Below are positions 9,986 to 19,797 of a DNA stretch of 64,000 nucleotides, piece after piece. The DNA is taken from assembly GCA_949298975.1 (NCBI GenBank), contig CASFYR010000062.1, positions 8-64,007 on the forward strand, given 5' to 3'. How positions within the stretch are numbered: position 1 is the first letter of the stretch; each line of letters begins with the position of its first letter. The translations under genes and the position numbers were made by a program. Source of the stretch: an uncultured Bacillota bacterium. Lineage in GTDB: Bacteria; Bacillota_I; Bacilli_A; Erysipelotrichales; Erysipelotrichaceae. Below the pieces are notes generated by a model. The model was not told the origin of the DNA. It saw only the letters and a list, made by a program, of their open reading frames with translations, and made no database searches.

Positions 9986-11128
9986 ATGAAGTGTCCCAGA
10001 TGCAACAACACCGATATTTCATACTTTTATTTAGGCAGCAAAGGCTATTATTGCCGCAAATGTATCGGTTTTCGCCGGATCCTGATTGAAGAAGAGCTGA
10101 TCCCGCTTCAATATTCAATCAGCGATAAAGCCGATCATTTCCGCCTTGGTTATCATTTGACCGAAAAACAAAACACAGCCGCGGCGGCATGCAAGAAAGC
10201 AATCATCGATACCGATGTCGTTTTGCATTGTGTGTGCGGCGCCGGCAAGACCGAGATCACAATAGCGTCGATTGCCGATTGTTTGAAAAGACAGCTGAAA
10301 GTAGGCTATGCCGTTGCCCGGCGTGAAGTAGTGCTTGAACTTAGCGGACGGTTTCGTAAAATCTTCCCGTCTGCCGCCGTGGTTACGGTTTGTGCCGGTC
10401 ATAACGACCCCTTGACCGGTGATTTAATTGTCTGTACTACTCATCAGCTGTATCGCTATCCCAAGACTTTTGATCTCCTGATTCTTGATGAAGTCGATGC
10501 CTTCCCTTTTAAAGGTAATGAGGTTTTATCGAATATTGCTTTAAACGCCTGTAAAGGTCATATCATTTATTCAACGGCTACGATTGATGAAACGACCAAA
10601 AAACTGATAAGCCAACGACCGTATGTCACTGTGTCGCTGTGGGAGCGGCCCCATCATAAACCACTGATCGTCCCTAAGATCATTTGGCTGCCTTACTTAT
10701 TCGGCATCATCTGGCTGATAGCCCATCTAAACAATAATCGCGGCCAATACATCGTTTTTACCGAGACCAAAAGAGAGTGTCTGATGATTTATCGCCTGAT
10801 CAGGATTTTTTTCAAAACGACTTATGTCTATAGCGATCTAAACGAAAGGAATGAAAATATTACTGCCTTTAGGAAGAGGCGGTTCAAGGTAATTGTCGCT
10901 ACCAGCGTTCTTGAACGTGGAATAACGATCAAGGGAGTAAATGTGATCCTGATGTTTAAAAACGGCCGGATCTTTGATCGCTCTTCCATAATCCAGATGG
11001 TTGGCCGGGTCGGCCGCAGCATGCAAAAGACAGACGGTCAAGCCTATATCGTCACTTCGTTTATCAATAAGGCGATGATTGAAGCGATAATGGAGATCAG
11101 GTATGCCAATAAGATGTCGCTATTGTGA
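9986..11128 (+). CDS. comFA: ComFA-like DEAD/DEAH-box helicase (competence)
   Basis: N-terminal C-x2-C...C-x2-C zinc finger, Walker A CGAGKTE, DEVD box, helicase C motifs. Followed by comFC. Confidence 0.75.
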   Translation: MKCPRCNNTDISYFYLGSKGYYCRKCIGFRRILIEEELIPLQYSISDKADHFRLGYHLTEKQNTAAAACKKAIIDTDVVLHCVCGAGKTEITIASIADCLKRQLKVGYAVARREVVLELSGRFRKIFPSAAVVTVCAGHNDPLTGDLIVCTTHQLYRYPKTFDLLILDEVDAFPFKGNEVLSNIALNACKGHIIYSTATIDETTKKLISQRPYVTVSLWERPHHKPLIVPKIIWLPYLFGIIWLIAHLNNNRGQYIVFTETKRECLMIYRLIRIFFKTTYVYSDLNERNENITAFRKRRFKVIVATSVLERGITIKGVNVILMFKNGRIFDRSSIIQMVGRVGRSMQKTDGQAYIVTSFINKAMIEAIMEIRYANKMSLL

Positions 11129-11708
11129 TGAATTGCTCTTTAAAAATTCGTCCATGATCCGTTATCTGCTCAACGATGATCCGCTATGTGCCCGCTGCCG
11201 GCAAAGCCTTACCAAAAGTATTAAGACTATTAATGTGCAAGGCATCAAAATCAATACCCTATATTTATATGACGATCATTTTCGTTCATTGATCATTCAA
11301 TACAAAGAGGGAAACGATGAAGCGCTGAAAGACTGTTTCTTATTTCCCTTTAAAAGGATGATCGCTCAAAAGTATCGCGGCTATACTTTGACCTGGGTCC
11401 CCAGCAGTAATTCAAAACTGACAAGAAGAGGCTTTGATCACATGGCAAAAATGACTGAAGGCATCCGTCTTGAAAAAAGAGCGCTCTTATACAAGATCCA
11501 CGATCGCTCGCAAGATGGCAATGACCGCTATAAGATGCAAAGCAATTTTGCCTGTCTTACGGGTCGTCTGCCATCAAAGATCTTACTGATCGATGATGTA
11601 ATTACGACCGGGGCTTCTTTTTGCGGGGCTTACCGGGCATTAAAAAGACCGAATAATACGATTAAGTGTATTACTGTGGCGCATTCATCACATTTTATTA
11701 ATCAATAA
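11103..11708 (+). CDS. comFC: ComFC-like phosphoribosyltransferase-domain protein
   Basis: N-terminal CRYC...CARC zinc-finger pairs and C-terminal PRT motif ILLIDDVITTGAS. 26-nt overlap with comFA. Confidence 0.75.
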   Translation: MPIRCRYCDELLFKNSSMIRYLLNDDPLCARCRQSLTKSIKTINVQGIKINTLYLYDDHFRSLIIQYKEGNDEALKDCFLFPFKRMIAQKYRGYTLTWVPSSNSKLTRRGFDHMAKMTEGIRLEKRALLYKIHDRSQDGNDRYKMQSNFACLTGRLPSKILLIDDVITTGASFCGAYRALKRPNNTIKCITVAHSSHFINQ

Positions 11709-11742
11709 TATGATATAATATTGTAGTTTAGGAGGACTAAAA

Positions 11743-14085
11743 ATGGGTTTGATATCTAAGTTATTCAATACTGATAAAAAAATCCTTTCAGATATTGAAA
11801 AGGCCGTAAGACCAACCGAAACTTATTCAAAACAGATGGAAGAGTTAACCGATGATCAGTTAAAGGCCAAAACGAAGGAGTTTAAAGACCGTCTGCAAAA
11901 CGGCGAGACCCTTGATGATATAATGTGTGAAGCTTTCGCGGTGGCCAGGGAAGCGGCCAGAAGGGTAATTGGCGAATATCCGTATTTCTGCCAGTTGGAA
12001 GGTGCTTGCGTTTTGCATCGCGGCGATATTGCGGAAATGAAGACCGGTGAGGGTAAAACCCTGACTTCGGTCATGGCCGTTTATCTGAATGCTTTGACGG
12101 GCGAGGGAGTTCATGTCATAACGGTCAACGAATATCTGGCAGCCCGTGACTGTGAGTGGATGGGTCAGATTCATCGCTTTTTAGGCTTGAGTGTCGGTCT
12201 TAATCTGCGCCAATTAACTCCTGCCCAAAAACGGGAAGCATATCTATGTGATATTACTTATACAACCAATTCAGAACTTGGTTTTGACTATTTGCGGGAT
12301 AATATGGTTACGCGGGTGGAAGATAGGGTGTTGCGCTCACTCAATGTCGCTTTTGTTGATGAAGTTGACTCGATCCTGATCGATGAGTCAAGAACACCGC
12401 TCATTATTTCCGGCGGTCAATTAAAAACTGCTAATCTTTATCTTAATGCCGATCGCTTCGTTAAACGGCTGAAGGCGGAAGAAGATTACGTAATTGATGT
12501 CAAAGAGAAACTGGTACAGATGACAGAAAGCGGGGTAGCTAAGGCCGAGAAGGCGTTTGGGGTCAAAAACCTGTACGCTACCGATAACACCAATCTGGTA
12601 CACCATATCAATCAGGCCTTAAAGGCCAACTATATTATGCGTAACGATGTTGAGTATGTCGTTGAGGAAGGCGATATCGTCATCGTTGACCAAAATACCG
12701 GCCGTAAAATGCCGGGCCGGGAGTATTCTGACGGTCTGCATCAGGCATTGCAGGCTAAAGAAAAATTATCGATTCGTGAAGAATCGATGACCCTGGCTTC
12801 CATAACCTATCAGAATTTCTTCCGTTTATATAAAAAGCTGGCCGGGATGACCGGTACAGCCAAGACAGAAGAAGAAGAATTCCTGTCCATTTATAACATG
12901 CGGGTCGTAGAGATTCCGACCCATCGCCCGATTGCCCGAATCGATTATCCGGATCTGGTTTTTGGAACGAAAAAAGCCAAATACGAAGCTTTGGTCAATG
13001 AAATCAAAGAGTTGTATGATCGCGGACAGCCGGTGCTGGTCGGTACGATTTCGGTCGAGACTTCGGAGCTGCTTTCAAGAATGCTCAAGGCCAGACGAAT
13101 CCGTCATGAAGTATTAAACGCCAAAAACCATGCCCGCGAAGCAGAGATCATCGCTAACGCCGGCAAGGAACGCTCGGTAACGATCGCTACCAATATGGCT
13201 GGCCGTGGTACGGATATTAAACTTACGGAAGGGTCAAGAGAACTGGGCGGACTGGCGGTTTTAGGCAGTGAACGTCATGAGTCAAGACGTATCGATAACC
13301 AGCTGCGCGGCCGAAGCGGCCGGCAGGGCGATCCGGGATTCTCGCGTTTCTATGTCTCTTTGGAAGACGAGCTGATGGTGCGCTTTGGCAGCGAGAAACT
13401 GCAAAGCATGTTTGATATGATGGGCGATGCCCCGATCGAAAACGGGGTTGTTACCAAATCGATCACCACTGCTCAAAAACGCGTCGAAGGCATGAATTTT
13501 GATATCCGTAAAACTCTGCTCGATTATGACGATGTCTTAAGACAGCAAAGAGAGACGATGTATGCCCAGCGCAACTATATTCTGGAAAACGAAGATATCC
13601 ATGGCGTAGTTAAAAATATGTTTGATCGGGTAGTTGAAGATATCGTCGACCGCAATACGGTCAAAGACGGTAAAAAGACAGCGATCAATTATCCCGAAAT
13701 CGTGAATGTCCTTGACCGCATCGGGTTAAAAGAAGGACTGAAGGTTGCCGATATCGAAAATAAAGATTATGAAGAAACCAAGAAAATATGCTCTGACAAA
13801 GCTTTTGCTTATTATGATAATAAAATAGCGGAGTACCGGGAGCAGGTAATGCCGCTTGAAAGAACGATGGTATTAAGGGTAATCGACCGTGCCTGGGTCA
13901 ATCAGATCGATGTCATGTCTAAATTAAGAGAAGGTATCAATCTGCGCAGTTATGCCCAAAATAATCCTTTACAGGCTTATGTCGAAGAAGGATTTGCCCT
14001 GTTTGAGGAGATGATGGCCACTATTTCCAAAGAAGTCGTCGCTTTCTGTTTGAATGTTAAGATTGTCGCTAAAGAGAGGGCCTGA
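11743..14085 (+). CDS. secA: Preprotein translocase ATPase SecA (short form, no C-terminal zinc-binding tail)
   Basis: MKTGEGKTL Walker A, VDEVDSILIDE DEAD-like box, 780 aa. AGGAGG SD. Confidence 0.97.
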   Translation: MGLISKLFNTDKKILSDIEKAVRPTETYSKQMEELTDDQLKAKTKEFKDRLQNGETLDDIMCEAFAVAREAARRVIGEYPYFCQLEGACVLHRGDIAEMKTGEGKTLTSVMAVYLNALTGEGVHVITVNEYLAARDCEWMGQIHRFLGLSVGLNLRQLTPAQKREAYLCDITYTTNSELGFDYLRDNMVTRVEDRVLRSLNVAFVDEVDSILIDESRTPLIISGGQLKTANLYLNADRFVKRLKAEEDYVIDVKEKLVQMTESGVAKAEKAFGVKNLYATDNTNLVHHINQALKANYIMRNDVEYVVEEGDIVIVDQNTGRKMPGREYSDGLHQALQAKEKLSIREESMTLASITYQNFFRLYKKLAGMTGTAKTEEEEFLSIYNMRVVEIPTHRPIARIDYPDLVFGTKKAKYEALVNEIKELYDRGQPVLVGTISVETSELLSRMLKARRIRHEVLNAKNHAREAEIIANAGKERSVTIATNMAGRGTDIKLTEGSRELGGLAVLGSERHESRRIDNQLRGRSGRQGDPGFSRFYVSLEDELMVRFGSEKLQSMFDMMGDAPIENGVVTKSITTAQKRVEGMNFDIRKTLLDYDDVLRQQRETMYAQRNYILENEDIHGVVKNMFDRVVEDIVDRNTVKDGKKTAINYPEIVNVLDRIGLKEGLKVADIENKDYEETKKICSDKAFAYYDNKIAEYREQVMPLERTMVLRVIDRAWVNQIDVMSKLREGINLRSYAQNNPLQAYVEEGFALFEEMMATISKEVVAFCLNVKIVAKERA

Positions 14086-15182
14086 TGGAATTATACGAAA
14101 TTAAGCAAAATCTGATTGAAGCTAAAAAGAAATTGACCTTATTGGGCGATTCATTAGATATTGCGAAGTTGAAAGCAAAGATGGACGCTTTAGCCGAAGA
14201 ACAAAACGGCAGTGATTTCTGGAACGATCCCAAGGCAGCCCAAAAGGTAATCAAAGAGTACAACACGATAAAAGAGCTTTATGAAAAGTATTTTGCCAAT
14301 TTAGAGGCGATTAACGATCTTTTAGCGACGGTGGAAGAACTTAACCGTGATTATGATGAGGATATGTTTGCCCTTATTACAGAAGAATACCCGGAAGTTA
14401 ACCGCAGTTTTGAAGAATATGAGATCAAGGTGCTGTTGTCAAACGATTATGACCACAGCAATGCTATCCTCGAGATCCATCCGGGAGCCGGCGGCACCGA
14501 ATCGCAAGACTGGGCGATGATGCTTTATCGGATGTATCAGCGCTATGCTCAAAAGAATGGCTACAGCTTTGAAGTTATGGACTATCAGGATGGTGATGAA
14601 GCCGGAATGAAATCCTGCAGCGTTTTGATTAAAGGCGATCTAGCCTATGGTTATTTGAAAGGCGAAAGCGGTGTCCATCGCTTGGTGCGGATATCGCCGT
14701 TTGATGCTTCAGGGCGGCGCCATACTTCTTTTGCCAGCGTGGAGATCACTCCGGAATTTAATAACGAGATCGAAATCACGATCGAAGAAAAGGATCTGGA
14801 GATCGATACCATGCGTTCCAGCGGCGCCGGCGGTCAACACATCAACAAAACTGACAGCGCCGTTCGGATTAAACATATCCCAACCGGTATCGTTGTCTTT
14901 TCCCAGACCGAAAGATCGCAGATCGCTAACCGCGAACGCTGTATGCAGACACTAAAAAGCAAGCTCTATCAGCGGGCGATCATGGAAAAAGAAGCAAAAA
15001 TGAAGGAGTTAAAAGGCGAACAGAAAGCCATTGAATGGGGATCACAAATCCGCTCCTATGTTTTTTGTCCTTATACTTTGGTAAAAGATCACCGTACCGG
15101 GTATGAGGAAGGCAATGTTGATAAAGTTATGGACGGCGACATCAACGCTTTCCTGTTCAGTTATCTGAAAAGCCAAATCTAA
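14085..15182 (+). CDS. prfB: Peptide chain release factor 2, encoded in one uninterrupted frame
   Basis: SPF tripeptide (RISPFDA) and GGQ (SGAGGQHINK). 365 aa with no in-frame TGA near codon 25. ATG shares its A with the secA TGA (TGATG). Confidence 0.95.
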   Translation: MELYEIKQNLIEAKKKLTLLGDSLDIAKLKAKMDALAEEQNGSDFWNDPKAAQKVIKEYNTIKELYEKYFANLEAINDLLATVEELNRDYDEDMFALITEEYPEVNRSFEEYEIKVLLSNDYDHSNAILEIHPGAGGTESQDWAMMLYRMYQRYAQKNGYSFEVMDYQDGDEAGMKSCSVLIKGDLAYGYLKGESGVHRLVRISPFDASGRRHTSFASVEITPEFNNEIEITIEEKDLEIDTMRSSGAGGQHINKTDSAVRIKHIPTGIVVFSQTERSQIANRERCMQTLKSKLYQRAIMEKEAKMKELKGEQKAIEWGSQIRSYVFCPYTLVKDHRTGYEEGNVDKVMDGDINAFLFSYLKSQI

Positions 15183-15184
15183 AC

Positions 15185-15211
15185 AAAAACTATCCGTCAG
15201 GGATAGTTTTT
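15185..15211 (+). terminator. Intrinsic terminator after prfB
   Basis: AAAAACTATCC-gtcag-GGATAGTTTTT. Confidence 0.75.
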
Positions 15212-15276
15212 GAGTGGTATGAAGTAAGCGCTTCCAACTATTATATTATAGCATAGAAAAAATTTTAAAAACAGAG

Positions 15277-15304
15277 TTGTTTTTTATTTTGCCCATGCTA
15301 ATAT
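15277..15304 (+). promoter_or_regulatory. Promoter-like element of the orphan prfB-metG intergenic transcript
   Basis: TTGTTT-N16-TAATAT with extended TG (TGcTAATAT). Confidence 0.4.
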
Positions 15305-15310
15305 AAAGGT

Positions 15311-15657
15311 GAAGAAAGGGATGGGGAAACACCCACTAGGTGCAGACCAATGGACACAGATCGTTAAGCATCATTTCTCTGAAATAATGTTTGAAGTGTA
15401 AAAAAATAGTAAATCGATAAAGATAACTTCAATTAGGTACTACCCTAGGATGTACCGGGTAAATAGTCTGGTATATGTTAAAATAATAAAGTTTATTATC
15501 GAGTAAGTTATAATAAGATCTGGAGCTGGATCTTGACTTATCCCATAGGGGATAGTTAGAAAAGAATAGGATAAATAAATAGCTCATTTAGATAAAGTAT
15601 TTCTTGTCTGAAGAGAAATGATGCCGAAGATAGCCCGCCAATATGGCGGGTTTTTTA
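15311..15657 (+). ncRNA. Candidate ~350-nt structured non-coding (or small-peptide) transcript of unknown class
   Basis: No ORF of 60 aa or more. Bounded by a promoter-like element and a strong terminator. Several local hairpins. No match by eye to T-box, tmRNA, RNase P, SRP or SAM-riboswitch signatures. Confidence 0.3.
15633..15657 (+). terminator. Strong intrinsic terminator upstream of metG
   Basis: CCCGCC-aatat-GGCGGG followed by T6. Confidence 0.8.
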
Positions 15658-15734
15658 ATACCGACCCATCAAAGTAGGGAATAATCAGGGCATTTGTGCT
15701 AAAATAAAAAAGATGAAAGTAGATGGGAGAGAAG

Positions 15735-17657
15735 ATGGAGAATAAAAAAACGTATTATGTAACGACCCCGATCTATTATCCTAGTGATAATTTCCATGTC
15801 GGGCATTGTTATACGACCTGTATTGCCGATGCTTTGGCGCGTTACAAAAGAGAAAAGGGATATGATGTTTTTTTCTTGACCGGTTCTGATGAACACGGCC
15901 AGAAAATTGAGGAGCGGGCCAAAAAGGCCAAAGTTTCGCCAAAGGAATTTGTTGATCCGATCATTGATAATGCTAAGGATCTCTGGCAGAGCTTGAATAT
16001 CAGTTATGATAAATTTATTCGGACGACCGATGCCGAGCACGTTGCCTGCGTCCAAAAAGTTTTCCAGAAATTATATGATCAGGGCGATATTTACAAGGGA
16101 TCTTATGAAGGCTGGTATTGTACTCCTTGCGAGTCGTTTTGGACGGAGTCGCAGTTAGTAGACGGCAAATGTCCGGATTGCGGCCGGGAAGTGCACTTGA
16201 TGAAGGAAGATGCCTATTTCCTGAAACTGTCTAAATATCAGAAAGAGTTTGAGGCTTACTTAAATGCCAACCGTGATCTGATGCAGCCGGAATCCCGTTA
16301 CAATGAAATGGTCAATAACTTCCTGAAGCCGGGATTGAAAGATCTTTGCGTTTCCAGAGCCAGCGTCAAATGGGGCATCCCGGTGACTTTCGATGAAAAT
16401 CAGACAATATATGTCTGGATCGATGCTTTGACTAATTATATCAGCGCTTTGGGATACCTCAGCGACGATGACAGCCTGTTTCAAAAGTATTGGCCGGCCG
16501 ATCTGCATCTGGTTGGAAAAGAAATCTTCCGTTTCCATACGATTATTTGGCCGATCATCCTGATGGCATTGGGTCTGCCTTTGCCAAAGAAAGTGTACGG
16601 TCATGGATGGTTAACGATCGATGGCGGCAAGATATCCAAATCCAAAGGCAATTATAAAGATCCGCGGGAATTTATCAAAGATTATGGTGCAGATACTTTG
16701 CGTTATTATATCCTGAGCGAAGTGCCTTTTGGCAGTGACGGTAATTTTTCGGAATTGCTGATGGTTGAAAGAAGAAACAGCGACCTGGCTAATATTTTGG
16801 GCAATCTGGTCAACCGGACGGTAGCGATGACCAATAAATACTTTGATGGCAGTGTAAAACGATTAAAGAAAGTAACTGACTTGGACAAAGAAGTAATAAT
16901 TGATCTAAATGCGATGGATAAGCAGGTTGAAACCAAAATCGAGGCACTGGATGTCCCGGGAGCTTTAGCTGTTATCTTCAATAATCTTAAACGGTTAAAT
17001 AAATATATTGATGAAACGACACCATGGATCTTGGCAAAAGATGAAAATCAAAAAGAGCGGCTTAATGATGTTTTGTATTTGATCTTAGAAGGCATCAGAC
17101 TGTGTGCCGTTAATCTGAAAGCCTTTATTCCGGAAACGGCTGATAAGATTTTTGCGATCCTTAATACGGAATATCAAAGTTTTGATTATGCTAAGGTCGG
17201 TGTGCCAAATTTTAAAGTCGTTAAAAAGGCTGATATTTTATTTGACAGAATTGACGAAGAAGCTTTGAAAGAAAAACTGTCTGCTGAAGAAGAAATGGTT
17301 GAAGAAGCGGCAACAGAAGCAAAGATTGAGCATTTGCCGGAGATTACGATTGATGATTTCGGCAAAGTGGAACTTTTGGTCGGACAAGTTCTGGATTGCA
17401 AGAAACATCCGGAAGCCGATCGTTTGCTGATATCGCAAGTCGATGTCGGTCATGGCGAGATTCGTCAGATCGTTACCGGTATCGCTGATTATGTTGAACC
17501 GGAAAAGATGGTCAACAGTAAGGTTGTCGTTGTTGCCAATCTTAAGAAAGCCAAGATCCGCGGAGTTGAGTCCGAAGGCATGCTGTTGGTAGGGGAAGAT
17601 GACGAGTTATTAAATGTTCTGACTTCTACTTGCAAGGTAGGTACAAGAATAAGATAA
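15735..17657 (+). CDS. metG: Methionine--tRNA ligase with C-terminal tRNA-binding (Trbp111/EMAP-like) domain
   Basis: HVGH (HIGH) motif, KISKS (KMSKS) motif, CPDC zinc knuckle. The ATG at 15735 has a GGAG SD 5 nt upstream. The ORF-track start 15723 is an in-frame alternative. Confidence 0.95.
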   Translation: MENKKTYYVTTPIYYPSDNFHVGHCYTTCIADALARYKREKGYDVFFLTGSDEHGQKIEERAKKAKVSPKEFVDPIIDNAKDLWQSLNISYDKFIRTTDAEHVACVQKVFQKLYDQGDIYKGSYEGWYCTPCESFWTESQLVDGKCPDCGREVHLMKEDAYFLKLSKYQKEFEAYLNANRDLMQPESRYNEMVNNFLKPGLKDLCVSRASVKWGIPVTFDENQTIYVWIDALTNYISALGYLSDDDSLFQKYWPADLHLVGKEIFRFHTIIWPIILMALGLPLPKKVYGHGWLTIDGGKISKSKGNYKDPREFIKDYGADTLRYYILSEVPFGSDGNFSELLMVERRNSDLANILGNLVNRTVAMTNKYFDGSVKRLKKVTDLDKEVIIDLNAMDKQVETKIEALDVPGALAVIFNNLKRLNKYIDETTPWILAKDENQKERLNDVLYLILEGIRLCAVNLKAFIPETADKIFAILNTEYQSFDYAKVGVPNFKVVKKADILFDRIDEEALKEKLSAEEEMVEEAATEAKIEHLPEITIDDFGKVELLVGQVLDCKKHPEADRLLISQVDVGHGEIRQIVTGIADYVEPEKMVNSKVVVVANLKKAKIRGVESEGMLLVGEDDELLNVLTSTCKVGTRIR

Positions 17658-17690
17658 AAAAAGTGGTATGCTCTAGCATATCACTTTTTT
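17655..17690. terminator. Bidirectional terminator shared by metG and the convergent ArsC-family gene
   Basis: A-run, AAGTGGTATGCT/AGCATATCACTT hairpin (1 GU), then T6. Overlaps the last codons of the minus-strand gene. Confidence 0.7.
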
Positions 17691-18038
17691 ATGTACCAGA
17701 TCTTGATACTTTGTTTCATCAAAACCAACGATCATTCTTTCGCCGTCAATCAGCAAAGGTCGTTTAACCAGCATTCCGTCTGTGCTCAAAAGCCGCAGTA
17801 TTTCGTCTTCACTCATATCTTTTATACGTTCCTTGATGTTTCTTTCACGGTAGGCTTTGCCGGAAGTGTTGAAGAATCGTTTCAGCGGCAAATTTGCTAA
17901 AGCATACCATTGTTTTAATTCTTCATAAGCGGGATTGTCTGATTTGATATCCCGTAATTCATAGTTTAGATGATGTTCGTCTAAAAATTTTTTAGCCTTT
18001 TGGCAGGTTGAACACTTTTCATAACAGATAAACAGCAT
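17673..18038 (-). CDS. ArsC/Spx/YffB-family redox protein
   Basis: 121 aa, N-terminal CSTC motif, thioredoxin-like ArsC-family fold pattern (LVKRPLLI). Confidence 0.75.
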   Translation of the reverse strand: MLFICYEKCSTCQKAKKFLDEHHLNYELRDIKSDNPAYEELKQWYALANLPLKRFFNTSGKAYRERNIKERIKDMSEDEILRLLSTDGMLVKRPLLIDGERMIVGFDETKYQDLVHKKVIC

Positions 18039-18784
18039 TATTTTTTTCTCCTTGTAAAAACGATATTAAGATCATCGGATAATAGCGGATCAAAACGGTA
18101 GTCAAGGTCACAGAAATCTTTTATTAACGAAAGATCGCGAATTTGTCCTTCAGCCAGATATCGTACCATTGCCCCACGGGCCATCTTGACATAAACCCCT
18201 TTTTCTATCAGCCTGCCATTATCAATTTCTTTAAAACTGACGGATATGATCTGTTTTGGATCAAGATAGGGAGTTACCGCTCTGGCGTATTCGTCGCTGG
18301 CTAAATTGATAACGGTCTTACCATCCAAAATCTTCGCTAATTTATCATTCCAAAAATGATAGAGATCATGATAACCGTCAAAATCGATCTTGGCTTGCAT
18401 TTCCAGACGATATGGCACGATCGGATCAAAGGGACGCAAAAGACCATAAAGACCGGAAACGATAAAAAGATGATCGGCCAGGTAAGCAATTGATGCGTCA
18501 TCCATAATCCCTGGCGCCATCGTTTTGTATTGGATGCCATCATAGGCGTAAAGAGCATGCAGAAATCCTTTATCTGCCGCAAAGCGATTATTGACATCCA
18601 TCATTTCTGAGGTGATCTTATCGCTGGCCTGATATATTTTTTTAAGTTGTGAGAAATCAAGCGACTTTAGATAATTGTGCAGACGCCCGGCTTCTGAAAC
18701 AAACAAAAGTGAAGTAAAGGGGTGAGTAAAGTCGTTTTTATCCGTAATCTTTTTGGCGGGCGAGATAATGATCTTAAAACTCAT
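18038..18784 (-). CDS. yaaA: YaaA-family (DUF328/UPF0246) peroxide-stress protein
   Basis: N-terminal IIISPAKK motif and 248-aa length typical of YaaA. Confidence 0.85.
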   Translation of the reverse strand: MSFKIIISPAKKITDKNDFTHPFTSLLFVSEAGRLHNYLKSLDFSQLKKIYQASDKITSEMMDVNNRFAADKGFLHALYAYDGIQYKTMAPGIMDDASIAYLADHLFIVSGLYGLLRPFDPIVPYRLEMQAKIDFDGYHDLYHFWNDKLAKILDGKTVINLASDEYARAVTPYLDPKQIISVSFKEIDNGRLIEKGVYVKMARGAMVRYLAEGQIRDLSLIKDFCDLDYRFDPLLSDDLNIVFTRRKK

Positions 18785-19254
18785 CGCAGATCAAAATCCT
18801 TCTTGAAAGCTAAAAAAGCGTCACTAAATGAATAATAGATCGGAATGTCGTTGGCTTTAAGACAGCCGATCACAAAAGAATTGTAACCTTTCGATGATTC
18901 CAGTCCGCTTAAAGAATTGCGTTTGATCCTAGAATCGGAAAAAACCGGATAGATTCTGATATCTTCTTGATCCATATAGCGTTTGATCGCTATTCCCAGA
19001 CAGGTACAAGTACCGCTGTCCTCACAAGCCAGATCGTAGAAAATAGCGTTAGCTTTACTGATATATGCATAATCCTTAAGAAAGATATCTTTGGAGCTGT
19101 ATGGTACATCATTGTCAGGATTAAGGTCGATCGGGCTGATCAACTTTGCGTCGATCTGATTGGTTTTGATCGCCTCTTTGATCATCTCTCCTTCATGGCG
19201 TCTTTGAGCAGCGTCGGCTTCGGTGAATAGTGGTCCGGCAATATATACGATCAT
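18781..19254 (-). CDS. Nucleoside 2-deoxyribosyltransferase-family protein
   Basis: N-terminal VYIAGPLFTEA motif characteristic of the NDT/Rcl fold. 157 aa. Confidence 0.7.
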   Translation of the reverse strand: MIVYIAGPLFTEADAAQRRHEGEMIKEAIKTNQIDAKLISPIDLNPDNDVPYSSKDIFLKDYAYISKANAIFYDLACEDSGTCTCLGIAIKRYMDQEDIRIYPVFSDSRIKRNSLSGLESSKGYNSFVIGCLKANDIPIYYSFSDAFLAFKKDFDLR

Positions 19255-19257
19255 TTG

Positions 19258-19797
19258 CTACCCCCAGTATTGAATTTGGTCTAAGACCATATCGGCAACA
19301 TCTTTACCCTTTAGATAAGAAATAATCGCATGAGCAAACTCAAAATCCGCTCCCAGGCCTTTGGCGGTGATGACATTATCCTTGATCATAACTTTTCCTT
19401 CAGCCGGTGTTTTCCCAGATTCAAAACCGGGATAGCATACAAATTCGAAGTCGGAAACAAATCCTTCTTTGACAAAGATGCTCGGAGCAGCACAGATCGC
19501 GGCGATCATTTTCTTCTCGTTATAAAAACGGTGCAAAAGATCGACCAGCGGTTTGAATTCATGCAGATTGGTCGTTCCCGGTAGACCGCCCGGCAATACC
19601 AGTGCTTCATATTCGGCGAAATCAACCTCATCAAAGACCTTATCGGTCTGATAGGTAAGGCCGTGTGATGAAACAACCGTCAATTGATCACTGATCGAGA
19701 TCAAATCAATATCCATTTTGGCTCTTTTCAAAAGATCGTAAACGATCAGCGCTTCACATTCTTCATGTCCGGCAGCGCAAAAGATAGCAGTTCTCAT
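19258..19797 (-). CDS. DJ-1/PfpI (ThiJ) family protein
   Basis: Nucleophile-elbow motif AAICAAP, LVLPGG motif, 179 aa. Confidence 0.85.
   Translation of the reverse strand: MRTAIFCAAGHEECEALIVYDLLKRAKMDIDLISISDQLTVVSSHGLTYQTDKVFDEVDFAEYEALVLPGGLPGTTNLHEFKPLVDLLHRFYNEKKMIAAICAAPSIFVKEGFVSDFEFVCYPGFESGKTPAEGKVMIKDNVITAKGLGADFEFAHAIISYLKGKDVADMVLDQIQYWG

Noticed and set aside
15321-15401. 26-codon ORF (MGKHPLGADQWTQIVKHHFSEIMFEV) as a real gene
   Set aside because: It has an AGGTG about 9 nt upstream, but no recognisable family, no hydrophobic toxin-like character and no coupling to the downstream terminator. It is mentioned in a finding but not called as a CDS.
15212-15734. T-box riboswitch upstream of metG
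   Set aside because: I searched both strands by eye for the conserved T-box sequence (AGGGTGGTACCGCG-like) next to the terminator, and for a Stem-I/specifier layout with an AUG codon. Neither was found. The terminator 5' flank (GATGCCGAAGATAG) cannot form the canonical antiterminator bulge. The region is kept as an unknown-class candidate, not a T-box.
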